Positions 1 through 9,920 of a DNA stretch of 64,000 nucleotides are shown piece by piece (the stretch's first letter is position 1; each line of letters begins with the position of its first letter). Location of the stretch: IMG/VR virus record IMGVR_UViG_3300038345_000144; one strand, written 5' to 3'. The stretch comes from a virus (Duplodnaviria > Caudoviricetes). The position numbers were made by a program, and so were the translations under genes. The notes beneath the pieces are model-generated. The model searched no databases. It had not been told where the DNA came from and saw nothing but the letters and a program-made list of their open reading frames with translations.

Positions 1-24
1 ATATAGGTCTCCCTTCAAATGTGT

Positions 25-465
25 TTAATACCAACTTCTATGGTCTTCTTCGACGGTTTCCATACCATCATATTCGCTAATATGCCACTGGACATCATCA
101 GGAACATCTACAATGTGAATTTCGGCATAGTCACCGTTAGCCTCCGAACCCAGTTCCTTAATAACTGAAATCAAAAGCGGGTCGGTACGATTATCGTATG
201 AGCATACTTGGTGGCTAAACAAGATAATATCTTTGCAGTCGTTATATTCGACCTCTTCGCCTGCATCCTGCTTGAGAACATATAAGCGGTCAGTTGGCGT
301 ATTATTCTTCTCATAATAATCGTTTGGAACCTTTTTGAATACTTGAGTGTCATAACTCTTCCTTAAATAAAGGTGAGCCTCGCCATACTTTCTCTCACAA
401 TAAAGCATAAGTGCCTTTGTAGATAATCCAAATCCACCGTATCTCTCATTTATTGCTACTTCCAT
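25..465 (-). CDS. conserved phage-type hypothetical protein
   Basis: 146 aa; INxxYGGFGLS...RxDPxL...EYDGxE pattern recalled from phage hypotheticals; AGGAG RBS. Confidence 0.8.
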   Translation of the reverse strand: MEVAINERYGGFGLSTKALMLYCERKYGEAHLYLRKSYDTQVFKKVPNDYYEKNNTPTDRLYVLKQDAGEEVEYNDCKDIILFSHQVCSYDNRTDPLLISVIKELGSEANGDYAEIHIVDVPDDVQWHISEYDGMETVEEDHRSWY

Positions 466-483
466 AGTAATTTCTCCTTAATT

Positions 484-1083
484 TTAGTCCTCTTCTGGTC
501 CTGGGTCGTTATAATAATAATTCTTCAAGTTATTTTCCCCGTCTGAAGTATCAAACTTGTAGTCCAGTATCTTAATAGTATGTGTGTTATTGCATAATTT
601 TGAGAAAAAAGCAGTTAACTCACTCATAAGAGCCTTATCATCAGTTATTTTACCAACAAGACTGTAACCAGTTGTGTCTTCGGGGTCATTAGGATTGCCC
701 CAAGAGTCAATAGCACTGTCATAGTCCAAATCAAAGGTAACAAGGAACTCCTTTGACCCATCTTCGTTTTCCTTAACGGAAACAATGTGAGTATTATCCC
801 ACCACTCAACCTTACACAAATCCATATATTTGTTAAGGATAGTTAAAAACTCTTCGTCAGCATCAAGGCTGAAATCATAATCATCCAATCTACGAAGTAA
901 ATCGGCTTCATATTCAAAGCCCTCTAACTCATATTTTAATGTCCAATCATCTTTGCGGGCTTGTTTGAATTCTTCCTCGGTCATTTCCTTTTGAGCCAAA
1001 AATTCATTTAACAAGGGTTCCTGTAAAAAGTTAATTGTAAGTTTTGCAAGAAACTTAACTCCCTCACGGTCCCAATTTATCAT
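484..1083 (-). CDS. hypothetical protein
   Basis: ORF; start moved to MINWD after AAGGAGAA RBS. Confidence 0.75.
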   Translation of the reverse strand: MINWDREGVKFLAKLTINFLQEPLLNEFLAQKEMTEEEFKQARKDDWTLKYELEGFEYEADLLRRLDDYDFSLDADEEFLTILNKYMDLCKVEWWDNTHIVSVKENEDGSKEFLVTFDLDYDSAIDSWGNPNDPEDTTGYSLVGKITDDKALMSELTAFFSKLCNNTHTIKILDYKFDTSDGENNLKNYYYNDPGPEED

Positions 1084-1096
1084 AGTTTTCTCCTTA

Positions 1097-1879
1097 TTAT
1101 AAGCAATTTTCCAGTTCATCAGCATACTTATAAAATGCCTTGAACTCCTTTAGGGCATTTATAGTAGCCGACACTAATGACTTAAATTTATCCTGACTGT
1201 CAAAAGTAGTCCTGATACGGAAATCGTCACCGTCTTGGTTAGTAATATCCACTATAAATCTGAACATTTCATCGCCGTCTTTTTCTACCTTTTCCAGCGT
1301 AATAATCGGCATTTTGGTATCTACTGCCATAATGGTAAGAGTATCGTTGAATTTGAAATCACTCTCAAAAAATCCTTCAATAGTGCCGTGGTTGGTTACG
1401 ACCTTTAATGTCTTGGAAGAGTCATCTACCTTGCAGATAAAGTCCTTAACCAAGTAAACAAAGTCCTTAATACCAAATTTCGGGAATTTCGTGTATTTCG
1501 TGTGCTTGGCTATCCAATTCTGTACCTCTTTAATACCATCGTTTGACAGGTCGGTATGTAGATGTTGGACAATTCTCGATGTGGAGCCTTTTCCCCACGA
1601 CCAATGACCAGGGTGTACCAATGAGTCCCAAAATATCTTTCTAATAACAATACCGTTGTTAGAATAGTCCGATTTACCCTCTGAAAAGTCTAATAATTTC
1701 AGGATAAAATATTCACCTTCGTCACACTCGCCAATGAACATTATCTCATTTTTAATAGGATAATATCCTAAATTCGGGTGGCTACGGTCACTTCCACAAG
1801 TATGTCTTATCTCATCATTCAAGGAAAGTCCATTATCTTTGCACCATTTATCAAATTTTGCAACAGTGGTATCTTTCAT
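1097..1879 (-). CDS. hypothetical protein, two-domain (A+B) member of local paralog set
   Basis: N-terminal half resembles 1906..2244; C-terminal half resembles 2587..3498 (both end FYKYAxxLENCL). Confidence 0.8.
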   Translation of the reverse strand: MKDTTVAKFDKWCKDNGLSLNDEIRHTCGSDRSHPNLGYYPIKNEIMFIGECDEGEYFILKLLDFSEGKSDYSNNGIVIRKIFWDSLVHPGHWSWGKGSTSRIVQHLHTDLSNDGIKEVQNWIAKHTKYTKFPKFGIKDFVYLVKDFICKVDDSSKTLKVVTNHGTIEGFFESDFKFNDTLTIMAVDTKMPIITLEKVEKDGDEMFRFIVDITNQDGDDFRIRTTFDSQDKFKSLVSATINALKEFKAFYKYADELENCL

Positions 1880-1905
1880 ACAGTATTCCCCTTTCTATAT
1901 CTCCT

Positions 1906-2244
1906 TTAATCCTCAAACTTTGCTGTTGGAAACGGAGTATATTCCGTGTTCTTTGCTAATAAACTCTGGATAGTTTCTACTCCGTCTTCATCAAATTTAA
2001 TCTCTGTTGTGCCTAATCTATACCAACCATCGTCGCCATTGGTTAAATCGCCAATAACAAACTGGTCATAGTTCAAATTAAGAGCAAGAGCCTTACGGGA
2101 GCCGTCTTTTGCTGTATATAACAAGCAAAACGCACTATCTTCCGCAAAGGAATATCCATCGTGGTCATAATTATCAATACCACCCTCGTCTTCAGGGATA
2201 TTATTGGCTAAACACCACTTTTTAATCTTATCAAAATAAGTCAT
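1906..2244 (-). CDS. hypothetical protein (domain A paralog)
   Basis: DGVETIQSLLAKNTEYTPFP matches DGIKEVQNWIAKHTKYTKFP in 1097..1879; start MTYFD after GAGGAG. Confidence 0.75.
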   Translation of the reverse strand: MTYFDKIKKWCLANNIPEDEGGIDNYDHDGYSFAEDSAFCLLYTAKDGSRKALALNLNYDQFVIGDLTNGDDGWYRLGTTEIKFDEDGVETIQSLLAKNTEYTPFPTAKFED

Positions 2245-2257
2245 ATTAAACTCCTCT

Positions 2258-2551
2258 TCAAGTATTTTCATCTAATGAAATGCTAAATCCTACTATAATA
2301 GGCACACAATCATTATATTTATCTAAAACAGATTTGTCTAACACAAAGGAGTTAGGACCTAAACTGATACGAGAGGAAGCAATAAATTGTTCTTCAGTAA
2401 TCTTTGGCACATCAAAGTCTTCTTTGATTTTCTCATAGGTATCATCAGACATATTTTTCCAAATAAGTTCCAAAATATCATCATCCTCATATTTATGAAT
2501 AAAACAATACTCACAATCTAACCAAACGGTCACAAAATACTCTTTTCCCAT
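2258..2551 (-). CDS. hypothetical protein
   Basis: ORF; start MGKEY after AAGGAG. Confidence 0.7.
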   Translation of the reverse strand: MGKEYFVTVWLDCEYCFIHKYEDDDILELIWKNMSDDTYEKIKEDFDVPKITEEQFIASSRISLGPNSFVLDKSVLDKYNDCVPIIVGFSISLDENT

Positions 2552-2586
2552 ATTAGTATCTCCTTTACTCTTCCTTATTCTCCTTT

Positions 2587-3498
2587 TTATAGACAATTTT
2601 CTAAATCTTCTGCATATTTGTAAAATTGAGGATAGGTTTTAAGGCTTTCTATCGTTTGTCTAATGAGATTTTCTAATTGTGTTTCATTGTCTATATAACA
2701 CTTTAGACTAAATCCTTCCCCATCTTCGGTATTTATATCAACAATAAATTTATATCTAACTTCCTCTGGAAAAACTTTTTTCTCAATTTTCATTATTGGG
2801 TCACTAATACCAATAGCATATAAGCATAAAGTATCTTCAGCCGTATTAGTAGTATCAAAAAAGTAATCTCCTGATGGAATAGTAATCTTAAGTTTATTAG
2901 ACTGTTCATTTATACGATATATAAAGTCTTGAACTACTTTTTGCGGCTGACCTCTAATTTGCCATTTTTCTTTGCCTGATTTAGTTAAGACTTGAATATA
3001 TATTTTTGGTGTATCATTTCCAGTATTACTTTGGCTTTTCTCTATATCAATATAAATATCTAAAGCATTATTCATTGTTCTAATGGTACGCACATATATT
3101 CCTAAACTTCTTAAATGGTTAGCAATAGGGTCAAGAGTTTTTTCCATTACCTTATAAAAATCATCTCGGCTCCAATCATCATCATTCACCATACTATAAA
3201 GGTCTTTAGGCACACCACCCAGAAAATCAGCAATAGTATAATCAAAAACAGAAAAGTCGTGTTCTGTTTCTCCAACTACGCCATAACAAAAATCATAATC
3301 TTCTGGTTCATCACTATTATAGCCCTCCCACGCATCCATACTCACCATATATAACTGTGTTCGACATCTATTATTATGTTCTTTGAACTTTTTAGAACAC
3401 AACGCTATGGTATCTAATACATCACTACGAGTTACGGATTTACAAAAGGATTTACCTATACTATCTGCCATTATGGTAATTGCTTCAGATTTGTTCAT
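2587..3498 (-). CDS. hypothetical protein (C-terminal domain B paralog)
   Basis: 303 aa; C-terminus shared with 1097..1879. Confidence 0.8.
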   Translation of the reverse strand: MNKSEAITIMADSIGKSFCKSVTRSDVLDTIALCSKKFKEHNNRCRTQLYMVSMDAWEGYNSDEPEDYDFCYGVVGETEHDFSVFDYTIADFLGGVPKDLYSMVNDDDWSRDDFYKVMEKTLDPIANHLRSLGIYVRTIRTMNNALDIYIDIEKSQSNTGNDTPKIYIQVLTKSGKEKWQIRGQPQKVVQDFIYRINEQSNKLKITIPSGDYFFDTTNTAEDTLCLYAIGISDPIMKIEKKVFPEEVRYKFIVDINTEDGEGFSLKCYIDNETQLENLIRQTIESLKTYPQFYKYAEDLENCL

Positions 3499-3503
3499 TT
3501 GTC

Positions 3504-4400
3504 TTATCCTCTCTGTCTGATTTTTTGTACCTCATTAAACATATCGTCAACAGTCATATCGGGCGTATAATCGTACTGGTCCTCGGCTAATGATGATACG
3601 GCAAATTTCTTATTAACTGCGTCAATGAAGAAGGTATATGAGCCTTCATCACCCATATAATTCTCCTGCCACATCTTTTCAGGGATTTTCTCCTGAAGTT
3701 TCAGATGCTCAATAGCGAGGTTATCAAATGAGATTACAGCAAAATTCTGTCTATATTCTGTCAAGATATTTTGTAAATTCTCGATATTTTCCAGAATTTC
3801 TGACTTATGCTCTTCGTAATAATCCCTACCTCTGCCTAAAATCTTATAGCCAAGAATTAAAAGTCGGAGGTTATGGTCGGATAAATTCTTCATATCCTCT
3901 TTGGTAATAACACCGTCAATGCAGTGAATAACCGTATTTTTGAGACCATTATTCCATAAAATATCATCTCTGGAGTTAATCAGGGAGATGCCAACACCAT
4001 AAATGAGTTCTCTATCCTGCCAGTCCTTTAATGTCTGGAGATGGTCTTTGAGATGTCTCTGGTTGATGGTAAGGTTGCAAATTACTCCCTTTTCCTTCAT
4101 TCTCTCTAAAAAAGCCTCCAAGTCAGGATGGGACAAATCGTTCGCATTGAGAGCAATTTCCTGTCCTCTATGGAGAGTATCAAAAAGAGGCTGGCTCAAA
4201 TCAGCGTGTTGACCCTGTTCATTACAGCCTAAATAACAATATTTACAGCCACCGTTACATTTAGTAGTGATGGTTATATCGTTACTTTCTGCAAAGTCAG
4301 GTGTAAGATTATCCAAGTCATTTGCTCTAATCTTCGTACCGTTGCTGAAGAGTGTTACCTCATAATTTCCATTCTTGTAATGTGCTAATAATTTAGGCAT
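3504..4400 (-). CDS. radical SAM domain protein
   Basis: CxxxCxxC motif ITTKCNGGCKYC near the N-terminus; NLTIN and GVGIS barrel-like strands; no C-terminal SPASM cysteines. Confidence 0.9.
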   Translation of the reverse strand: MPKLLAHYKNGNYEVTLFSNGTKIRANDLDNLTPDFAESNDITITTKCNGGCKYCYLGCNEQGQHADLSQPLFDTLHRGQEIALNANDLSHPDLEAFLERMKEKGVICNLTINQRHLKDHLQTLKDWQDRELIYGVGISLINSRDDILWNNGLKNTVIHCIDGVITKEDMKNLSDHNLRLLILGYKILGRGRDYYEEHKSEILENIENLQNILTEYRQNFAVISFDNLAIEHLKLQEKIPEKMWQENYMGDEGSYTFFIDAVNKKFAVSSLAEDQYDYTPDMTVDDMFNEVQKIRQRG

Positions 4401-4418
4401 AATTTCTTATAATTCCTT

Positions 4419-4658
4419 TCAACCTTGTATCTTTTCAAATTCATCTTCTGTATAAATATGTAAGTGTAGTTCTTTTACAATATCCGCATATTCTTTAGAA
4501 TACCCTTCAACTATTCCTTTGTAAATGGGTCCATAAGCCCCCTCTTCAAAATAATAGCAATTTGGACAATGATAGTGTGCTTCTACCACACCCCAACATT
4601 CTTCTGTATATTCTGAATACGGGTTAGATGTACCACATACGGGGCATTTCTTTTCCAT
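4419..4658 (-). CDS. small zinc-ribbon protein
   Basis: CPVC...CPNC; start MEKKCP after GAGGT. Confidence 0.7.
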   Translation of the reverse strand: MEKKCPVCGTSNPYSEYTEECWGVVEAHYHCPNCYYFEEGAYGPIYKGIVEGYSKEYADIVKELHLHIYTEDEFEKIQG

Positions 4659-4659
4659 A

Positions 4660-4932
4660 TTACTTACCTCTATATTTTTCAAACTTTTCGATGTCGAGAG
4701 CATCTTGCAACTCACTAATCAATTCTTCAACATTATACCACCAAATAGTCAACTCACAACGGTCAGAATTACTGCCGTTAGCATATTCTTTGGCTAAACT
4801 GCAAAATCTGACAGGCTTATCGTCAAATTTCACAACTTCTATGGTTGTATATGTTTCGCAGTAATCTCCAATTCCAGGTTCAGCCCCTTCGTGAATAATA
4901 GGTTGTCTTAATTTGATTTTTTCAAGTACCAT
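4660..4932 (-). CDS. hypothetical protein
   Basis: ORF with AGGAGG RBS. Confidence 0.7.
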   Translation of the reverse strand: MVLEKIKLRQPIIHEGAEPGIGDYCETYTTIEVVKFDDKPVRFCSLAKEYANGSNSDRCELTIWWYNVEELISELQDALDIEKFEKYRGK

Positions 4933-4946
4933 ATAAGCCTCCTTGT

Positions 4947-5276
4947 TTAGGTTTCATAGTTTTTCAGACCATTTTCAATCATTTCAGCACGGTATTGCCT
5001 GCCTGTAATCTCTTTTTCATCACGATGAGATATTAGAGGCAAGGTGTCCTCATATACAGCCTCAAGGTCTAAATCCGAGATATGAACATCGTTTGTAGAG
5101 GCAATTCCCCTACCTTCAGGGCTTAATAAGAAAATATTGAGAATATTGTACTCATCACCCTGTATATAGTCACTGTCCTTCAAAAACGCATATTGCTGTC
5201 CTCGTCTTGACTTCATATATGCCTTTTTGCCTGCTGGAAGATTGTATAATTCATCATAAAAAGCCTTTAAGTCCAT
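4947..5276 (-). CDS. hypothetical protein
   Basis: ORF with AGGAG RBS. Confidence 0.7.
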   Translation of the reverse strand: MDLKAFYDELYNLPAGKKAYMKSRRGQQYAFLKDSDYIQGDEYNILNIFLLSPEGRGIASTNDVHISDLDLEAVYEDTLPLISHRDEKEITGRQYRAEMIENGLKNYET

Positions 5277-5290
5277 AAAAATCTCCTTTT

Positions 5291-6544
5291 TTAGTCTTGA
5301 GGTGGGTAGGCAGGGTTTTTAACCGTAATACTTACCTCAAAAGTTCCTTCTAAATCATCATAGGTGCATTTTGTTCCTACAATTTTTAATCCAGTATCTT
5401 TAACACGGTCAACATATACTTGTTCTACTCTGTCAGAAAAATCATCATTTCTATAAGCATAAATATCGCTATCACATATACCATAAATAATATCTTTTAC
5501 GATTTTTTGCTTATCCTCACATCTCCAGAACATCTCTGATAATTGTTGGATAGAATAACAAGGCTTGGGATATACCGTTACTAACGAGTGAGTATCAGTA
5601 TCACAATCAGGCTGACTTATACAAACTATCACAGGACGGTGTGTGATTATACAATCTGGTTTCTCAAAGGTTATATCACAATTACCGTATATATCGTGCC
5701 AAACGCCAAAATTCAAATCAAGCGTAGGTTCATCTGCCATATCAGGGTTTTCTTTGAAAAATTGGCATAAATACTCCTCTAACTCTTTATTAAAGTCCGA
5801 TGCCTCAATAGCGTCTATAATACTATCCCCTAATTTGGTTTCTAAAACATTACGGTCAATTTTTGACTTAACTTCTTGAGCACTTACTCGCCTTTCCCCT
5901 TCAACACTACCCTCGGCATACATTGAAATATCTACTTCCAACCAATTTCTATTGTGTTTATTTCGAGGTAAACATCCGTGAATTGTGTGTGCTATGATAT
6001 TCTGTCCTTTAATATAAGGGTTCATAATGCCCATTTCATATAAGTCACAAACCGCCATAATATTTTTTGTATCAAATAATTTAGGCAGTTTTCTTTTAGC
6101 GTCTGGGTCACATTTTTTGAGTTTGTCTACTTCTGCTGGGGTTAATTCAATACTATGAACGGGAATATCTACCATATTAGATAAAACCTTTGGCGGGTAA
6201 TGCGTATTGTCTGAAAGATATATCTGCTTACCATAACAAATCTGCTGAAGAGTTGTTTGATTTTTGTCTAATACATACCAATAATCTTTCGTTTGAAAAT
6301 ACACATCGTCAAAATGTGGTTCAAAGATTTTATTTTCTACAAAATTAAGGAAAATATGATAATCTGGACTGCCCTCTAATTTGTGGGTATAATCAGGCTG
6401 AAGTTTCTTTATTGCGTCTTCAATTTTCGTTTCTTCATCAGGAAAACGCTTAACCAGCAACCTCAAAAACTCCACATCCTCCTTCGTCTTATCAGGAGCA
6501 GGGGGTTCTGGTATAGTTGATTGTTTAATTTTATCAAAGTCCAT
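5291..6544 (-). CDS. hypothetical protein, GLKI...NP family
   Basis: 417 aa; both termini similar to 38636..39958. Confidence 0.8.
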   Translation of the reverse strand: MDFDKIKQSTIPEPPAPDKTKEDVEFLRLLVKRFPDEETKIEDAIKKLQPDYTHKLEGSPDYHIFLNFVENKIFEPHFDDVYFQTKDYWYVLDKNQTTLQQICYGKQIYLSDNTHYPPKVLSNMVDIPVHSIELTPAEVDKLKKCDPDAKRKLPKLFDTKNIMAVCDLYEMGIMNPYIKGQNIIAHTIHGCLPRNKHNRNWLEVDISMYAEGSVEGERRVSAQEVKSKIDRNVLETKLGDSIIDAIEASDFNKELEEYLCQFFKENPDMADEPTLDLNFGVWHDIYGNCDITFEKPDCIITHRPVIVCISQPDCDTDTHSLVTVYPKPCYSIQQLSEMFWRCEDKQKIVKDIIYGICDSDIYAYRNDDFSDRVEQVYVDRVKDTGLKIVGTKCTYDDLEGTFEVSITVKNPAYPPQD

Positions 6545-6556
6545 AGTAATTACCTC

Positions 6557-6772
6557 TTATTTTATGCTAATAAACACCGTATTATCATTGATGTCAATAT
6601 CGCTTACCTCACGCTCAAACCATTCCTTCTCTTCATCGGAGGCTGGAAAGTTCATCTTCTTCTTGAGTTCGTGAATTCTTCCTGAATAATAGATGTTATT
6701 GCCTATTTCATCTGATAAACAGCAATCCATAAGAACGCTGTGCCATACCTTCAAAAGTGCTTTAAGGGTCAT
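6557..6772 (-). CDS. small hypothetical protein (~70-aa family)
   Basis: MTLxxLL...IYxG...EVxxI pattern shared with 8886, 42898, 52466. Confidence 0.7.
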   Translation of the reverse strand: MTLKALLKVWHSVLMDCCLSDEIGNNIYYSGRIHELKKKMNFPASDEEKEWFEREVSDIDINDNTVFISIK

Positions 6773-6774
6773 AA

Positions 6775-7212
6775 TTAGTCCTCCTCAATTTCATAGTCAG
6801 GATTGCCTCTATAACTCTCTAATTCCCACGGCTCACCATCTTCCCAAGTAAAGTGAAATCTACAATACATTCCAAACAAATAACCATTGAACCAAGTTAG
6901 ATAAGGTCTGCTTTGGTAATAATTGTCCCCCGTGTATTCAGGAATATCAACGGGCTTACCGTCAACAAATACCTTTTGTACTCCCTTATAGCCTAAATAT
7001 GCTAAAAAATCAGACAAGCGACCCTCTTTCTCTGCACTTTGATATTCAAGGGAGGGACCATCCATTTCTTCACCGTCCCAGTCATAATCATCTTCCTTTA
7101 TAGAAGTATCAATTTTGATTACTTTGGGTATGGTATATCCTGCAATTTGAGTTACAAAAGCACAACTGGACGAACTATTTGTCTCAAAAACTTCTCCTCT
7201 AATTTGTATCAT
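6775..7212 (-). CDS. FETNSS-motif protein 1
   Basis: N-terminus MIQIRGEVFETNSSSSC. Confidence 0.85.
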   Translation of the reverse strand: MIQIRGEVFETNSSSSCAFVTQIAGYTIPKVIKIDTSIKEDDYDWDGEEMDGPSLEYQSAEKEGRLSDFLAYLGYKGVQKVFVDGKPVDIPEYTGDNYYQSRPYLTWFNGYLFGMYCRFHFTWEDGEPWELESYRGNPDYEIEED

Positions 7213-7224
7213 ATAGTATTCTCC

Positions 7225-7932
7225 TTAACCAATTTTCACTACCTCAAATTTAGTAGTAGCGTCTTTATCCTGAATTAACTTACTTAATTTTTCAATCATT
7301 TCTACCATTTGATTGCCCTCATCGCCTTCAAAATTAAAGTTTTTCAGGAGCGTACATAATCGCTCTGCTGTCTCAAAGGAACCACCTCGTCTGCATACAT
7401 CGGAGGCAACTAAAATCACAAATAATGTGCCAAAGGATATTTGCTCATCAGATTTTTCTGCTACTATTCTTTGAAGCGTATTGTCAAAATCTATGTAGTC
7501 CATATAGGTATTATAGACATCAATGGCTTTTTTCAAAAAGGAAAAGTTTTCCCCGTGTTCATAGAGTTTTACATAGTCAAAGCACTTTATCCAACAGAAA
7601 AATGCCAGTTCGTAATTCTCTTGAAGTTCACTTATATAACCCTGTGCCATCCATTTTCTCAAATATTCAGGCATCTCTTTAGCGTTAATAATATTCTGGT
7701 AATTATCGGAAAATACATAAGCCCTTACGGTCTCATCTACTTCCGTATTACAAGAATACACAAAATGACATATAGGGCAAATTCCTACTAACTCCAGAAA
7801 TTCGCCCTTATCATCATTATAAATATCCTCGTAGCGGAGGTTTTGTTCCCACTTCCATTTACGAGGTTTTATTGCCTTGTTACAACAAGGACAGAGTGTT
7901 TTATTACCGAAATCAAAACTTACCTTAAACAT
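7225..7932 (-). CDS. zinc ribbon + TPR-like protein (DUF2225-like)
   Basis: CPCC...CPIC, then helical region ending CRRGGSFETA. Confidence 0.55.
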   Translation of the reverse strand: MFKVSFDFGNKTLCPCCNKAIKPRKWKWEQNLRYEDIYNDDKGEFLELVGICPICHFVYSCNTEVDETVRAYVFSDNYQNIINAKEMPEYLRKWMAQGYISELQENYELAFFCWIKCFDYVKLYEHGENFSFLKKAIDVYNTYMDYIDFDNTLQRIVAEKSDEQISFGTLFVILVASDVCRRGGSFETAERLCTLLKNFNFEGDEGNQMVEMIEKLSKLIQDKDATTKFEVVKIG

Positions 7933-7946
7933 AATAAATTCCCTTC

Positions 7947-8417
7947 TTATGTGAGCCTAATGTGGAACGATTTAGCGTCTGGACCGTATTTTTGGGTAAT
8001 ACCCCATTCATAATGGTCGCTCTCACAAAAAGCGATTGACTTTGAGCCAAAGAAGATATTAGCAAAGGTACTGCTACTTCCTGCAATAAATCTACCACTA
8101 AAACCGTTTTCCTGAATATCCTTTACAATTTCCATTACTTTAGGGTCATCACATTTAATGTCCTTTACACCAATAGCATATAAAGAACCGATAATGCGTG
8201 TGATGTAATCCCACTCGTCCTTGAGGCTATCAGCCCACAAATAGTGGACATTAAAGTAATAGTCAATCAGGTTTTTGCCCTTGCCTATTTCAATAAAATC
8301 CTTATCCGTAGGCAGTTCAATGCTTGTAGGAATATTGACTGTATCATTTTCAAAATACACAAACACATTACAGTCAGAACTGTTAGTCTCAAAGGTATTA
8401 CTTCTTATAACAAACAT
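7947..8417 (-). CDS. FETNSS-motif protein 2
   Basis: N-terminus MFVIRSNTFETNSSDC. Confidence 0.85.
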   Translation of the reverse strand: MFVIRSNTFETNSSDCNVFVYFENDTVNIPTSIELPTDKDFIEIGKGKNLIDYYFNVHYLWADSLKDEWDYITRIIGSLYAIGVKDIKCDDPKVMEIVKDIQENGFSGRFIAGSSSTFANIFFGSKSIAFCESDHYEWGITQKYGPDAKSFHIRLT

Positions 8418-8422
8418 ATGGA

Positions 8423-8875
8423 TTAGCCTCCACCTAATAGAATATACGCTATATTTTTATATTCACCTAAATAACCGTCGTGACCATAATAATCTCTATT
8501 TTCGGTTCCAAAAAACAGATTAAGTATGTCAGACTCACCAGCACAATGCCACATACAGCGAGGCTTTGGATAACCTAAATCTCTTTCAGGGTCTCTCTCA
8601 AGTTCCTTTTTCTCGGTCTTGATAGCCTTAATAAAGTCGGTATTTGAGCCATTATAGATGATTTTATCAACACCGTGTCTATATAGCCAGTTGGCTAATT
8701 TTTCGGACTCTTCTGCATCCAGTTCTCTAACAACTTTACGGAAAATATCTCCCGTATCATTATCAGCCGACAAATCAATTGTTTTAGTAAGTGATACCTC
8801 TTGCTCTTTTGGAATAATAAGAGCGTGGCACTCGGAACTATTAGTCTCGAATAATCCATATCTAACATTAAACAT
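8423..8875 (-). CDS. FETNSS-motif protein 3
   Basis: N-terminus MFNVRYGLFETNSSECH. Confidence 0.85.
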   Translation of the reverse strand: MFNVRYGLFETNSSECHALIIPKEQEVSLTKTIDLSADNDTGDIFRKVVRELDAEESEKLANWLYRHGVDKIIYNGSNTDFIKAIKTEKKELERDPERDLGYPKPRCMWHCAGESDILNLFFGTENRDYYGHDGYLGEYKNIAYILLGGG

Positions 8876-8885
8876 AAATATATCC

Positions 8886-9086
8886 TCACTTCAGCATAAT
8901 AATTGTAACGCTGTCATCTGACCTAATTCTATCAACTTCACTCTCAAGGATTTCCGTCTTATCAGGACCATCATAAGTAGCACGAAAATCACAACAATTT
9001 CCCTTATAAACTACTCTTCCGATAGTATCGTGGACAGCAATCTTGTCGTAAGCACTAATTAAAGCAATAACCTGTTCCATTTTCAT
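8886..9086 (-). CDS. small hypothetical protein (~70-aa family)
   Basis: VVYKG...EVDRI pattern; AGGAG RBS. Confidence 0.7.
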   Translation of the reverse strand: MKMEQVIALISAYDKIAVHDTIGRVVYKGNCCDFRATYDGPDKTEILESEVDRIRSDDSVTIIMLK

Positions 9087-9100
9087 AAGCCAAATTCTCC

Positions 9101-9583
9101 TTAATTGCCTTTTTCAATGACATCGTACTTATCGTGGTCATAATCATCTGCATCAGGCGGGTCGTCACTATTATCGTTTCCTGTGTCTACCCAACCACCG
9201 CCAAATAAAAATCTATCTAACAAATTCTCATTGGCAAATAGGTCATTTAACGGGATTTCGTAGCCGTGGTCAATATAACCTGGGTTATTCTCGGCATATT
9301 CCCCGTCGCCCCACGCAGTCCATCTTAATTCTGGGCAGTCAATCTCTTCAACGCCCTTACTCTTGAGATATGCAATAAAGCGTTCAACTTCTTCTCTACC
9401 ACTATCCACGCAGGCTTGATAAATATAATTGATGGTATCACTCTCGGAACCAAATGACCAGCCGTACTCACCACCAGTTAAATGTACCCTTTTCGGGATA
9501 TAGATGTTTGCGTCTTTAGGGATAACTAAACAGTGTACTGAAGAACTGTTAGTTTCGTATAATCCGTATCTAATATTTATCAT
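9101..9583 (-). CDS. FETNSS-motif protein 4
   Basis: N-terminus MINIRYGLYETNSSSVH; also GEYGW, GYIDH and TGNDN motifs. Confidence 0.85.
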   Translation of the reverse strand: MINIRYGLYETNSSSVHCLVIPKDANIYIPKRVHLTGGEYGWSFGSESDTINYIYQACVDSGREEVERFIAYLKSKGVEEIDCPELRWTAWGDGEYAENNPGYIDHGYEIPLNDLFANENLLDRFLFGGGWVDTGNDNSDDPPDADDYDHDKYDVIEKGN

Positions 9584-9589
9584 ATTAAA

Positions 9590-9904
9590 TCACTCCTCAA
9601 AATATGGTTTTTCTCTGTCCTGTAATGTCCACACGACAATTTTCTCAATATGCAGATTTTCAAATCCGCACTGCTTTATATTATCATTAAGTGCCTGCTT
9701 TAGTCCAGAGAAATCGAACTGTGGTTTACCAAAAAGATAAAAAAATCTCTTATTAGCCACATCGTCTTTCCACGCACCGTCATTACGCTCTTCGACAAAG
9801 GTAAGTCCGTGGTCTCTTAAAACCTCATCACAATCAGCGTCGGTCCAATCCATATATTCTATGGAATTGCCCTTAACGAACATAGTAACATCGTACTGTT
9901 TCAT
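9590..9904 (-). CDS. hypothetical protein
   Basis: ORF with RBS; termini weakly resemble 9921..10559. Confidence 0.7.
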   Translation of the reverse strand: MKQYDVTMFVKGNSIEYMDWTDADCDEVLRDHGLTFVEERNDGAWKDDVANKRFFYLFGKPQFDFSGLKQALNDNIKQCGFENLHIEKIVVWTLQDREKPYFEE

Positions 9905-9920
9905 ATCAATTTCTCCTAAC

